Shown here piece by piece: positions 36,050 to 48,730 of a DNA stretch of 64,000 nucleotides (the stretch's first letter is position 1; each line of letters starts with the position of its first letter). The stretch is from the NCBI RefSeq assembly GCF_963921235.1, contig NC_086097.1, positions 26,352,001-26,416,000 on the forward strand, given 5' to 3'. The notes beneath the pieces were generated by a model, which searched no databases, was not told the DNA's origin, and saw nothing but the letters and a program-made list of their open reading frames with translations. Source of the DNA: Mobula hypostoma. Its lineage: Eukaryota. The position numbers and the translations under genes are program-made.

Positions 36050-36577
36050 GGCACAGTAGCATAGCAGATAGCGTAACGCTTTACAGCGCCAACAATCAGG
36101 ATTCAATTTCTGACAGTGTCTGTAATGTTATGTTTTGTACCTCCAAAACATAAAAACTAATTGAAAGGAAAACAAGGAAGCTGGGAATATAAGGCTAACT
36201 TCATTTTTGCTTTAAGCAAGGCATGCACAAATGACGTAGTGGCGTGATAACGTGTGCTATTTACGTACTTTTACATACAACTCATAATGAATTACTTAAA
36301 CAAAGAATGCTTAATCAACAAGATAATCACAATATTACTCAAATGTTACCAAAATACTACATACACTTGTAAGGATTCAGATTCATTTTATTTATCACAT
36401 GTACATCAAAACATACAGTGAAATGGATTTGTAAGGGTTAGTAAGTAGGGAGCATGCTAATGTTGGTGTCAGAAGCACAATGCCCCCAACATAACCCTCG
36501 GACTATGTTGGTCATTGATGCAAACGGCACATTTCACTGCATGTTCAATGGTCATGTGACAAATAAAGCTAATCTTT
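36050..36577 (+). mobile_element. tRNA-headed V-SINE, internally disrupted
   Basis: Head ggcacagtagcatagcagatagcgtaacgctttacagcgcc...ggattcaatttc; tail catttcactgcatgttcaat...tgtgacaaataaagctaatct. Confidence 0.7.
36126..36367. mobile_element. Probable solo LTR inside the SINE
   Basis: Starts TGTTATG and ends atacact (imperfect CA end); 5-bp direct repeat TGTAA at 36121-36125 and 36368-36372 restores the SINE sequence gtctgtaagga. Confidence 0.6.
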
Positions 36578-36579
36578 AG

Positions 36580-38690
36580 TTGAAGAAGGTTGTCTAAAGG
36601 TGCAGTGGGGCACTTGTAAAGTTGGATGGAACAGTGGCAGATAGAATTTAATCCAGACATGTGTGAAGTAATGTATCTTGGGAAGTCAAATTCAGGTAGG
36701 GAGTAAATCATAAGGTTCTTAGGAGCACTGATGTGCACAGAGACCTCAGGATGCAAACATCCTGGAAGTGCAGTTTAAAAAAGGGGCACTTGGTACACTT
36801 GCTGAGGCTTTGTGTATAAAAGATGGGGTGTCATATTGCTGAAACAATGGCAGCACTCGTTTTGGTCACCACACTACAGGAAGAATTGCGACAGAAAGGA
36901 TACAGAAGAATTCAGCAGGATGTTGCCTGAAATGAAGGACTGTATTTATAAGGAGAGTTTGGATCGTCTGGGCTCTTACTGATTATAGGCAGTTAAGTGG
37001 TGTCTTCATAGAGTTTTATGAGGAGCACACATAGCAAAGATAGTCTTTTTCCCAGGGCAGGGAGACTGGAACAACAGCACTATTGTGTGTAGTTCTGGTC
37101 ACCCACCTGCATGAAAGGTAACAAGATTAAAAGAGTACAGAGAAAATTTATAAGGATGTTGAGGACCTGAGTTGTAGGAAAAGGTTGAATATTTATCACT
37201 TTATTCCCTAAAGCAGAGAAGAATGAGGGAAGATTTAATAAAAAAATACTAAATTATGAGGAGTGTAGGTGCGGTCTCTGAGGATCTAACCGGGTTCCAA
37301 CATATTTTGGTGCAGTTATAAAGATGGAAAAACTTCATAGGAGCATGAAAAAATTTGGTATGTCAACAAATACACTCAAAAACCTCTATAAATATACCGT
37401 GGAGAGCATTCTGACAGGCTGAATCACTGTCTGATATGGGGTGCGGGGGGTGCAGTGCTAATGCACAGGACTGAAAGAAGCTGCAGAGGGTTATAAATTT
37501 AGTCAGCTCAATCTTGGGTACTAGCCTACAAAGCACCCAAGACATCTTCAAGGAGCGGTGTCTCAGAAAAGCAGCGTCCTTTATTAAGGACCTCCAGCAC
37601 CCAGGACATGCCCTTTTCTCACTGTTACCATCGGGTAGGAGGTACAGAAGCCTGAAGGCACACACTCAGAGGTTCAAGAACAGCTCCTTCCTCTCTGTGA
37701 TTCTAGATCAGCTTCTTCCCCCCTGCCATCTGATTCTTAAATGGACATTGAACCCTTGGACACTACCTCACTTTTTTAATATATTTCTGTTTTTTTGCAC
37801 GATTTTTAAATAATTCAATATACATATATTGTAATTAATTTACTTACTTATTATTTTTTTCTTCTATATTATGTATTGCATTGAACTGCTGCTGCTAAGT
37901 TAACAAATTTCATGACACGTGCTGGTGATAATAAACCTGATTCTGATTCTGAAATGCAAGTAGGCTTTTTCCACTAAGGCTGAATGAGACTAAAACTAGA
38001 GGTCACAGACTAAGAGTGAAAGGTGAAATATTTAGGTAGAACCTGACAGGAAACTTCATTCAGCGCGGGAGTGTGGAATGAACTGCCAGTGGAAGTGTCG
38101 GATGTGGGTTTGACTGCAACGCTTAGGAGAAGTCTGGATAAGTACATGGATGGGAGAGGTATGGCGGGCTATAGTCCAAGTACGGGTCAATGGGACTAGG
38201 CAGAATAATGGCTTGGCACAAACTAGAGGGGGTCAAAGGTCTTGTTTCTGTGCTGTAGAGCTCTAAAGTCTCAGGTTTAAGGTGAGAGGGGAGAAATTTA
38301 AAAGGGAACTGAGGGGTAGGTTTTTCCACACAGAGGGTAATGAGCACCTGGAACAAGCTACCAGGGGTGGTAGAGACAGACCAATGTTTGAAAGGTGTTT
38401 GAATAGGTATCTGGAGAGGAAGGAAGTGGAGGATACAGGCCTAATGTGGACAAATAGTATTAGCATAGATAACGGTTGATATGTCTGGGGTAGGCTGAAA
38501 GGGCCCATCCCCAGACAGCCGCAGAGGCACAGTCACTGGGTAGATTTAAATCAGAGGTTGATAGGTTGTTGATTAGTAAGGACATCAAAGGTTACAGGGA
38601 AAAGGGTTGAGAGGGAAAATTAATTAGCCGTGATTGAATGGCCTAATTCTGCTCCCATGCCTTATGGGCGTATACTGTGCTGAATGATTC
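36580..38690 (+). mobile_element. Stack of nested CR1 3' fragments
   Basis: Repeated decayed WQ.EFNP..CEV.., FWSP, ERVQR.F and CR1 3' UTR blocks. Confidence 0.7.
37275..37952 (+). mobile_element. Rex1/Babar 3' fragment, (ATTCTG)n tail
   Basis: ORF 37514-37813 reads DIFKERCLRKAASFIKDLQHPGHALFSLLPSGRRYRSL; same family as 29325-29917. Confidence 0.85.
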
Positions 38691-40167
38691 TTTGCCTACA
38701 AATTCTAGAAAGGTGCTTATAATATCTTAGACTGGAGATCATGGTTTTCGTCATGCACGTTTAGGCAATTTAAAAAATGGTGTAGGAACAATCAATTCTG
38801 GAATACAGCTATATTTTGATCTCTTTGATATTTTGTCTTTGAGGATATCAAAATAAATTGAGGAAACCATTCAAAAACATCAAGCGCCTAGGTTTCTTAA
38901 AGAGAATTACTACAGAAAGAAGATTTCCTTGACTTTCTAAAGTACTATTTAGCTGGAGAGCTTGCAGAGTAGTATAGAAAGGGCCAGAATGTGGAATTAG
39001 GTGAACTGCTCTTTCAAAAAAGACAGTACCAGGACGGTAGGCCAAGTGGCCCTCTTTTAATGCTGTATTATCCAGTCATTTCAATGTATTATTTCCATAA
39101 AATTGACATTTTGTCATTTTAAAGATCGATACATTGGGCTTAAGATGACAAATTATGGATCTTGAAAGATAACCAAGTAGTAGTTAATATACAAGTATGT
39201 TGTATACACATTGAATGGGCCTATTTCAACATTTTTGAGTCTCTGCACCGAGCCTTTTACCTAAACGAGTCTGATTAAAGCAACTGTCGCTTTGAATCAG
39301 ACAAATATGATTTTGACCTGTTGGTCTGATGCCATTAAAGGCACCAAGAAGTCAGCGAATTTAATCAAGCCAAGCTCTCAATCTCCATTTCCAGTCCGGA
39401 TCATTATTACCAGGCAAATGAAGCAAAATCAGAACACCGCAAACTGTGATACCACATAAATTATTAAGGTAAAATGGAAATATAATTGTGCACCCTTTTA
39501 GCTACATGGAATTTTTTGCACACAGTGCAATTTGACAAGCTCTTCAATAATTATTGCAAATTGCTTGAGTCTTTTCAATTTAGGTACTTCAAGTTTTTAA
39601 AAAATTACTTGCTTTTCAAACATGGGGTAGAACGTTAAACGTAGTTTTCAATAAGTTCTTAATAGGCAGATGACTATATCATGGCAATTTTAGATTTGCA
39701 CAGCAGTCACCTATCTGTCAAGTGCATAATTACTTATGGCATGAGCCCTTAGGAAATTGTACTGATTGCCACAATTGAATTCACTTCATGTCTTACTTGT
39801 TTTCTGATTAGATACACAAACACAAAGGTCCATACAAATGCTTGCAGAAATAACTTTCATCATAAAAAGCATAAATTACTTTTTAAACATAAGAGAACAA
39901 AAGAGATAGATCATGAACCCTCCCTGAGAACTTCAGTCATTCCGGGGGGAAAATAAAACCCGTGCTTTCAAAGGTCCAATTCGTTCCTGGAATTCCACTG
40001 TTTGATCTCTGAAGGTGTCACATTCAGAAATATTTTGTGAATTAAATGATGCAGACACCCTCTGAGTATTTAGTGAAACCAGATTTTTTTATTTACAGTT
40101 TTTATTCCAAACAAAGTCTGTTTGCTATTACTTCTGATCAGCTCTTTTTAAACAAAGTTAAAGAACA

Positions 40168-40400
40168 ACTATCTATGGAGGGGAATAAACAGTCTATGTT
40201 TCCGGTTGAGACCTTTCATCATGACTGGAAAGAAAGGGGGACGAAGTTTGGCTTCCTGCTTCCTTTCCAGTCTTAATGAAGGGTCTTGGCCTGAAATGCT
40301 TACAGCTTGCTCCTCTCCATAAATGCTGCCTAATCCACCGATTTCCTCCAGCACTGTGCGTGCTGCTCTAGATTTCCAGCATCTGCAGAATCTCATGTTT
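40168..40400. mobile_element. Penelope-type inverted repeat with two oppositely oriented decayed hammerhead cores
   Basis: Minus: agtc-aTGATGA-aaggtctcaaccg-GAAAC-ata-gact (40191-40226). Plus: agtc-tTaATGA-agggtcttggcct-GAAAt (40269-40297). Confidence 0.7.
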
Positions 40401-40679
40401 ATAAAGGACAAATGTGCTTTGTTATTCGACATGATGCCTCAGTTGGTGTTTTTTTAAAAAAAACACACACTTCAAAATAATAAGATACATACTAAAGTAG
40501 GGTCAGGATCGACAATGCCAGATAAATTGCATATTAATGCAAAAGAGTGAAGTGAAATGCTTAAAGCTGTATAGGCATGCATATGCTGAGAAGGTACGCC
40601 AGTCAATAATTGAGGTTATGTAGCTTGTCAGCAATATCTTTATTTGCAATGACGAACAAGACAAAGAATTTATAGTGTG

Positions 40680-41025
40680 GTTGGCAACAGCTCAAGGGCA
40701 TGGTGGCAACACGATTACCATATCTGCTGCCTAGCAACGACAAGCTTGCATTCTCCGAAGCAAGGAGTGCAGTTTGTTGAAAGTGCACACAGCTGCTGGG
40801 AGAGGTCAATATGTGGCTTCTGCTAAAATAGAAAGCATTTTGTGGGGCTATAAACTGGATCAGGGCAGGGCCTTTCTCCCGCAATAATGGCCGCAGCGTT
40901 GTGGCACCCAGGCTTGGAACATTGGACATAGTAGCAGCGACTGGCGACCGAAGGTTCTGTTTACAACTGAGTCAGACACATGTCTTGCATCATGTTACAG
41001 TTATGGCATGTATTACCATGGCAAC
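40680..41025. promoter_or_regulatory. Candidate enhancer with RFX X-box cluster
   Basis: GCTGCCTAGCAAC (40726-40738), ATTACCATGGCAAC (41012-41025), extra GGCAAC half-sites, TGTTTAC (40958) and TGAGTCA (40968), all in repeat-free DNA. Confidence 0.35.
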
Positions 41026-41414
41026 CTCCAGTTTGCGTTCAAAGAGAACAATGCTAAGTCACAGCTGAATGCTGTAAAAAAGGACAAAGTTGAGGAGATA
41101 GGGAAAAGTACAGGCCATTTTGAAACAGAAATTTTAAACAATATTGCACTGACATTTAACCTTGTTCATTCGGGTACTGTTTGAAAAGGCCTAATTAACT
41201 GTTTTACAAAAGCTGTCTTTATAGCATTCATCATTGTAATCTCTAAAAAAAAAGCACCAAGTCTGTTCTACAGCTATTAATTTATTAACTGTGTTGTAGT
41301 ACACTGAGTGTTCACTCTGTTAATGTGTTTCACAGTTACCAGGAATGGATACGGGAGCAGAGGATTTTGGAATGAACCGTCCAGACCCCTGGACTGAGTG
41401 GTGTTAAATGCACT

Positions 41415-42130
41415 TTAAGATTGCCCAAGGTGGCACTGGCGACCAACGGCAACGTTTTGCAGGCGGCTCTCCAAATTACTAGATATGCATCTTCTTCTAG
41501 GCTGCGATCACTGCCATCTGCAGCTTGTAGTTTCCCTTTTAAGGATGTACTTTTGAACCGACTAAACGATCTGGTGCTCTTGCGATCCCCCGGGGGATTT
41601 GGTGAACTCGACTTTCGAGAGCGCAAGTACAGCCAGGGCGACCATCGCTGGGGATAGATGCTGCATCGAGGCCTTATAGCTAAAGATTAAAGCGCAGACC
41701 AAGATTAAAATCATTGAGGGTGAGAACGGACACTACCAGGTGTTCAACACCACTTGCCTGCGCTTGACTGGTTTCCTTCTCCTAACGCTATGACTGTCTA
41801 GGAGTCTTTGGTCCTGTGCCACCAGCTTCAGGAACATTTGTTACCCTGCAGCCACTGGGCTCCTGGACCAGCTTCACTTGCCTCAGTGCTGAATGGGCCG
41901 TGTAGTTGCGGACTCACTTTCAGGGATTCTGCAGTTCATGTTCCAGGCGTTTTTGTTGATTTTTTTTTTAACTATTTGCACGATTCCTCCTCTTTTGCAA
42001 ATTGGATATGTGGGCAGTCTTGCATGTGTTTTTTTGGTGAATTCTATTGTGTTTCTTTGTTTTGTGGGTGCCTGCATAAAAAACAATCTCATGGTTGTAT
42101 ATTGTGCACTCTGATAATAAATTTGAACTT
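41415..42130 (+). mobile_element. Probable non-autonomous Rex1-type element (GC-rich 5' part plus Rex 3' tail)
   Basis: A CpG-richer block is followed directly by ccaccagcttcaggaac...gataataaatttgaacttt, the tail shared with other Rex copies. Confidence 0.45.
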
Positions 42131-43349
42131 TAGAACACAGAATATTACAGCACAGTGCACCCATTCAGCTCACGATGTTGTGCCAACCTTTTAACCTACT
42201 CTAAGATCAATTTAACCCTCCTAACATAACCCTTTATTTTTGAGAAGCAATTGTTGACAGATCAGGCCAAATGTTCTGGCCAGAAAATTCATTCAGAGTA
42301 AAAATAAACCTCTGGATCATCAATACTCAAAGACTCGTTTCAGCGCTTCGACCTTATCAGCAGACTGCAAAGACGTCCATGTCCATAGATCCCTCAAAGT
42401 TGCTGCACAAGTTGATGGGGTGTGTTGGCCTTCATCAGTCGGGGGATTGAGTTCAAGAGCTGCGAGATGATGTTGCAGCTCTGGTTGCACACCTGGAGTA
42501 CTGTGTTCAGTTCTGATCTCCTCATTATAGGAATGATTTGGAAGCTTTAGAGAGGGTGCAGAGGAGATGTACCAGGACGCTGCTGCCTGGATTCAAGAAC
42601 ACATCTTATGAGGATGTGCTGGGGCAGCCTGCAGGTCTTGCTATGCTTCTGGTGCCAACATCGCATGCCCACAACTTATTGACACAAGAGACTCTGCAGA
42701 TGCTGGAAATCCAGAGGAACATATACAAAATGCTGGAGGAACTCAGCAGTTCAAACAGCATCTATGGCCTAACCATATATCTTCGGAAAGTGGGAGGACC
42801 CAGGGGGAAATTCATGGGGCGAATGTACAAACTCCTTACTGGGAGTGGCAGGAAGTGAACCCAAATCAATGGTCGCTGGTGCTGTAAAGAGTAGCGCTAA
42901 CCACCACATCACTATGCCCCCTTGCTCAAGCTTTTGCGAAGTAGGTCATGATAACGTTGAGGGCTTCAATGAAATGGGAGGTGCTGGGATGTGTGCTGTA
43001 AGATAGTAACCACTGCTCTAACTTATTTAGTTAATGATGGTGCCCTTATGAAAGTAAAAGAAGCACCTACACGTTAAGAGTTAACTGCTGTAAGCAAATA
43101 GTTGGGAGATGTTGCAATGCTTATAGTGGAGCAAACAGACGTGCTAATAAGCAGAAGTGACAGGTTGGTATTTCTCAACATTCAGCTTTAAAAGTGGTAG
43201 TTCTGATTTGTGAGACGCCTACATGCCCTGCCCCAAAGAACAGTCAACAAGTCTACAAGCCCTCGGAGAATTCATTGCTAAACTGAGACGGCCAAACTGT
43301 ATTCACACAAAGGTCTTTTGCATGCACAAAAGTGCAAGCACAATACATA

Positions 43350-44920
43350 CAGTGGCATGCAAAAGTTTGGGCACCGCTGGTCAAAATTTCTATTACTGTG
43401 AATAGCTAAGTGAGTAGAAGATGAACTGATCTCCAAAAGTCATAAAGTTAAAGACGAAACATTCTTTTCAACATTTTAAGCAAGATTAGTGTATTATTTT
43501 TGTTTTGTACAATTTTAGAGTTTAAAAAAAAGGAAAGGAGCACCATGCAAAAGTTTGGGCAGCCCAAGAGATTTGAGCTCTCAGATAACTTTTACCAAGG
43601 TCTCAGACCTTAATTAGCTTGTTAGGGCTATGGCTTGTTCACAATTTTCGTTAGGAAAGGCCAGGTGATGCAAATTTCAAAGCTTAAAAGATACCCTGAC
43701 TCCTTAAATCTTGTCCCAACAATCAGCAGCCGTAGGCTCCTCTAAGCAGCTGCCTAGCACTCTGGAAATTAAAATAAATGATGCCCACAAAGCAGGAGAA
43801 GGCTATAAGAAGATAGCAAAGCATTTTCAGGTAGCCATTTCCTCAGTTCGTAATGTAATTAAGAAATGGCAGTTAACAGGAACAGTGGAGGTCAAGTTGA
43901 GGTCTGGAAGACCAAGAAAACTTTCCGAGAGAACAGCTCATAGGATTGCTAGAAAGACAAATCAAAACCCGTTTGACTGTAAAAGACCTTCAGGAAGATT
44001 TAGCAGACTCTGGAGTGGTGGTGCACTGTTCTACTGTGCAGCGACACCTGCACAAATATGACCTTCATGGAAGAGCCATCGGAAGAAAACCTCTCCTGTG
44101 TCCTCCCCACAAAATTCAGCATCAGAACTTTGCAAAGGAACATCTAAACAAGCCTGATGCATTTTGGAAACAAGTTTTATGGACTGATGAAGTTAAGATA
44201 GAACTTTTTGGCTGCAATGATGGAGAAAAAAGGGTGCAGAATTTCATGAAAAGGACAAATCTCCAACTGTTAAGCATGGGGGTGGATCGATCATGCTTTG
44301 GGCTTGTGTTACAGCCAGTGGCATGGGGAACACCAGCAAATTCTGGAAGCAAACATCACACCGTCCGTAAAAAAGCTGAAGATGAAAAGAGGATGGCTTC
44401 TACAACAGGATAATGATCCTAAACACACCTCAAATTCCACAATGGACTACCTCAGGAGTTGCAAGCTGAAGGTTTTGCCATGGACCTCACAGTCCCCCGA
44501 CCTAAACATCATCGAAAACCTGTGGATAGACCTCAAAAGAGCAGTGCGTGCAAGACGACCCAAGAATCTCACAGAGCTAGAAGCCTTTTGCAAGGAAGAA
44601 TGGGCGAAAATCCCCCAAACAAGAATTGAAGGACTCTTAGCTGGCTACAGAAAGTGTTTACAAGCTGTGATACTTGCCAAAGGGGGTGTTACTAGGTACT
44701 GACCATGCAGGGTGCCCAAACTTTTGCTTTGGGCCCTTTTCCTTTTTTGTTATTTTGAAACTGTAAAAGATGGAAATAAAAAAGTAATCTTGCTTAAATA
44801 TTAAAGAAATGTGTCATCTTTAACCTTATGCCTTTTGGAAATCAGGTCATCTTTTATTCGCTTAGCTATTCACAGTAACAGAAATTCTGACCGGAGTGCC
44901 CAAACTTTTGCATACCACTG
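43350..44920 (+). mobile_element. Full-length Tc1-family transposon (DD34E, IR/DR ends), inactive
   Basis: TA|CAGTGGCATGCAAAAGTTTGGGCAC...GTGCCCAAACTTTTGCATACCACTG|TA. TIRs are about 210 bp with inner direct repeats at 43544-43561 and 44713-44727. Length is 1571 bp. Confidence 0.97.
43732..44702 (+). pseudogene. Tc1 transposase pseudogene
   Basis: GEGYKKIAK, RSGRPRK, VLWTDEVKIELFG and QQDNDPKH...[13 protein letters not shown] (34 residues between D and E). The presumed start codon reads GTA and the ORF is split over three frames. Confidence 0.95.
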
Positions 44921-44979
44921 TACGTCTACCAATCAAACTGAAGTTATCTGATAAGGGAACCATTCCACAAATGCAAAAA

Positions 44980-45380
44980 GATTAGCTTTATTTGTCACAT
45001 GTACATCTAAACATATGGTGAAACATATCATTTGCATCAATGACCAACACAGTACAAGGATGTGGCAGCCTGCAAGTTTCGTCATGCTGCTGGCACCAAC
45101 ACAGGATGCCCAGAACTAACTTATAACCCTAAGCAACACACACAAAATGCTGGAGGAACTCAGCAGGTCAGGCAGCACCTATTGAAAAGAGTAAACAGTA
45201 GATGTTTTGGGCCAGGACCCTTCATCAGAACTTATGACCTTAACCTGTACATCTTTTGAACAAGGGAGGAAACCAGAGCACCTGGAGGAAATCCGTGCAG
45301 GCATGGTGAGAACGTACAAACTCCTTACAGACAGCAGTAGAATTGAAACTAGGCCACTGAAACTGTAAAGTTACCATGCT
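44980..45380 (-). mobile_element. V-SINE with inserted Penelope-type repeat (45131-45232)
   Basis: attagctttatttgtcacat tail and V-core ggaggaaaccagagcacctggaggaaa. The insert's minus strand carries CTGATGAagggtcctggccc-aAAAC. Confidence 0.7.
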
Positions 45381-46204
45381 GTTCCACTTAATCCAGCAAT
45401 GTCCTATGAAAAACTTATTATTGCTGACCCAGTAAAATACTGATCCATCCTACAAATAATTTCTTTCATTCTCAAACATTTTGCAAATGCACGTGGATGG
45501 ATAAATATTTTTAATTACTTTTGAGTAATATTTGTGTTTTGACAAATTCCTGGAAATGGGTCTCATTTTGGCAAATAGCAGAGCCAAACTTTACTTCTTG
45601 AACAGGACTGATTCTACAATTCAAGTGTAAATCTTTGATTCTGCACAAATAAAGGAAAGTTTCCGTCAGATTTCATAATCTCATTTCAAATCCTTTTGCC
45701 CACTTCCCACTCTTTTTATCCATAAAATTACAATCCTCATTTAGAAATCAGAGGATTTAACTGGTGCCAGTATTCAGTCGCTAGTGCCATTTTCAAGCAT
45801 AGACATTGGGAAATTTGCCAGCTACAGAGATTCTTACAATGAGCCTATTCTCAATGAAACATGTAAAAGACAGAGTTAACAATTAGCAGTAGTGGTTCTG
45901 GACAACTGGTCACAGCTGGAACAGCAAAATTCTATGAATACCAAGAAGGATGTAAAGTGCTGTTGAGACATTGTGCTCACTCTCCTGACATCTAGCCTAC
46001 AGCCTCAAGCACAAAATTTTCCTCTGGTTTCCCAATTCCTATACTTCACAAACTGTAGCCTTATTCCTGAACTGCATTGAGAATTGTTCATTCTGTTGTT
46101 TTGCCCCCCCCCCCAAGGGGACACAAGAGACTGCAGATGCTAGAATCTGGAGTAAAAAATAATCTGCTGGAGGAACGTTGTGGGTTGGACAGCATCTGTG
46201 GGAG

Positions 46205-48730
46205 GAATTATCAATGTTTTCAGAAAGGAATTTGACAAGGTTCCCCACAGTAGGCTCACTCAGAAAGTAAGTAGAACAGGGACTCCGGGAAATCCAGTGG
46301 ATTCAGAATTGGCTTGGCCACAGAAAGCAGAAGTAGATGGAGCATACTCCACCTGGATCCCAGTAACCGGTGGCGTTCCACAAGGACCTGTTCTGGGACC
46401 CCTGCTCTTTACAAATTTTATAAATGACTTGGACAAGGAAGTGGAAAGGTGGGTTAGTATTTTTGCAGGTGACATGAAGGTTGGTAGTGTTGTGGATTGT
46501 GTAGAAGGTTGTCTTAGGTTACAACAGGACATTGATAAGATGCAGAGCTGGGCTGAGAAGTGGCAGATGGAGTTCAATCCGGAAAGTGTGAAGTGATATA
46601 CTGGAAGTTCAAACTTGAGGGTAGAGTATAGGCTAATGGCAGGGTTCTTAGCAGCATGGAGGAACAGAAGGATCTTGGGGTCCATTTCCACAGTTCCCTC
46701 AAAGTTGCCACATGTTCATAGGAGGATTAAGAAGGTGTATGGAGCGTTGGTCTTCATTAGACGTGGCACTGAGTTCCACTGCATCTCTGTCTGGTATGGG
46801 GGGGGAGGGGGTCTAATGCACAGGACCGAAAGAAGCTGCAGAGGGTTGTAAATCTAGTCAACTCCATCTTGGGTACTAGCCAACAAAGTACTCAGGACAT
46901 CTTCAGGGAGCAGTATCTCAGAAAAGCACGCCCATCCCAGGGCATGCCCTTTTCTCACTGTTACCATCAGGTAGGAGGTACAGAGCCTGAAGGCACACAC
47001 TCAACGATTCAGGAACAGCTTCTTCCCCTCTGCCATCCAATTCCTAAATGGACATTGAGTGCTTAGACATTACCTCGCTTTTTTAATATATATTATTTCT
47101 GTTTTTGCACCATTTTTAATCTATTCAATATACGTATACTATAATTGATTTACTTATTTATTATTATTATATTATGTATTTTTCTTCTATATTACGTATT
47201 GCACTGAACTGCTCCTGCTAAGTTATCAAATTTCACAACACATGCCGGTGATAATAAACCTGATTCTGATTCTATAAAACGCTAGTTAGACCACACTTGA
47301 TATTATTGTGTTCAGTTCTGGTTACCTCATCGTAAGAAGGATGTAGAAGCTTTAGAGAGGGTGCAGAACAGACTTCCTGGGATGCTATCTACGAAGATAG
47401 GATAAGTAATCTAGGACTTTTCTCCTCGGAGTGAAGAAGAATGAGAGGTGACTTGATAGAATACAAGATGATAAGTGGCATAGATAGAGTGGATAGTCAG
47501 AGACTTTTTCCCAGGGCAGAAGTGATGAATAAGAGGGAAGATATGAGTGGCTAATACAAGGGAGTTCTCTTCTTTACAGACTGAATGTCTTTTACACAGT
47601 TTTGAAGCATGAAACGACGTGCCGGTGAGGAAGGGCACCCCCTTGCCCCCCCATCCTCCGAGGATCCAGCACCCCACCTGGCTGCAGCTCCTGTGAGGAA
47701 GCTGCTAGCCACGTAAAGCTGCAGGGCCTAATAACATAGATGGTCAGGTGCTGAGGGACTGTGCAGCCCAGTTAACAGAGGTTCTAAAAGACATCTTCAA
47801 CTTCTCTCTGTAACAGTCTGCTGTCCCTGCAGGCTTCAAGTCAGCCACCATCATCCCAGTGCCCAAGGGGGGTGACAGTAACTTGCCTTGGCTACCATCC
47901 AGTGGCACTGAATTTTTCCAGGAGCACTAGAGAGGGTCCTGACCAGCTGCATCACTGTCTGGTACGGGAATCGCAAGGCATCTGATCATAAGTCCCCACA
48001 AAGGATTGTGAGGATGGCTGAGAGGATCATCAGAGTCTTTCTTCCACCCATCAGAGATATTTATCAGGAACACTGTGTACACAGGGCCCCTAGCATTGTC
48101 AATGAACTCTCGCATCTACCTAACAATGTTTTTGACCCCCTACCATACATTGTGAGGACTGTTAGGATGGAAAACAGCTTCTTCGCCCAAGCCGTGAGAC
48201 TACTGAACTCCCTGTCACTACCCAGATCTCATCACTTGTGAAGTACCAGTAACACTACACTGTTCTACTTTTAAACCTGTATCATAAAGGCACCTTATTA
48301 TTTGTTAATTTATTTGCGTTAATATTACTTTATGTGTTGTGTGTGAGCTATATGTAATGTATTGTGCACCTTGGTCTGGAGGAACGTTGTTTCATTTACC
48401 GGTATACGTGTATATGGTTAAATGACAATCAACCTGAACTTTAACTTGAACACAATTTTAAAGTGATTGGAGGAAATTACAGGGGCAATGTCAGAGATTG
48501 AATTTTTTTTTACACACAGAGAGTGCTAGATGTGTGGAACACACTGCCAGGGCTGGCGGTAAAGGCAGATACATTAGGGACATTGAAGAGACTTTTTGAG
48601 AGGCACATGAATGATAGAAAAATGGAGGGCTATTTGGGAGGGAAGAGCTAAGTTGATCTCAGACTAAGTTAAAAGACCAGCACAACATCATGGGCTGAAG
48701 GACCTGTACTGTGCTGGGGTGTACTAGGTT
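46205..48730 (+). mobile_element. CR1 RT-to-3' fragment containing two Rex1-type insertions (about 46777-47272 and 47560-48451)
   Basis: ORF 46180-46596 reads FDKVPH...GVPQGPVLGPLLF..FINDLD...WAEKWQMEFNP. The inserts carry (ATTCTG)n and (CTTGAA)n-type tails. Confidence 0.8.

Noticed and set aside
41330..41790. CpG-island promoter or coding exon
   Set aside because: It runs directly into a Rex1-type tail, so it more likely is a retroelement 5' region; the ORFs are unrecognisable.
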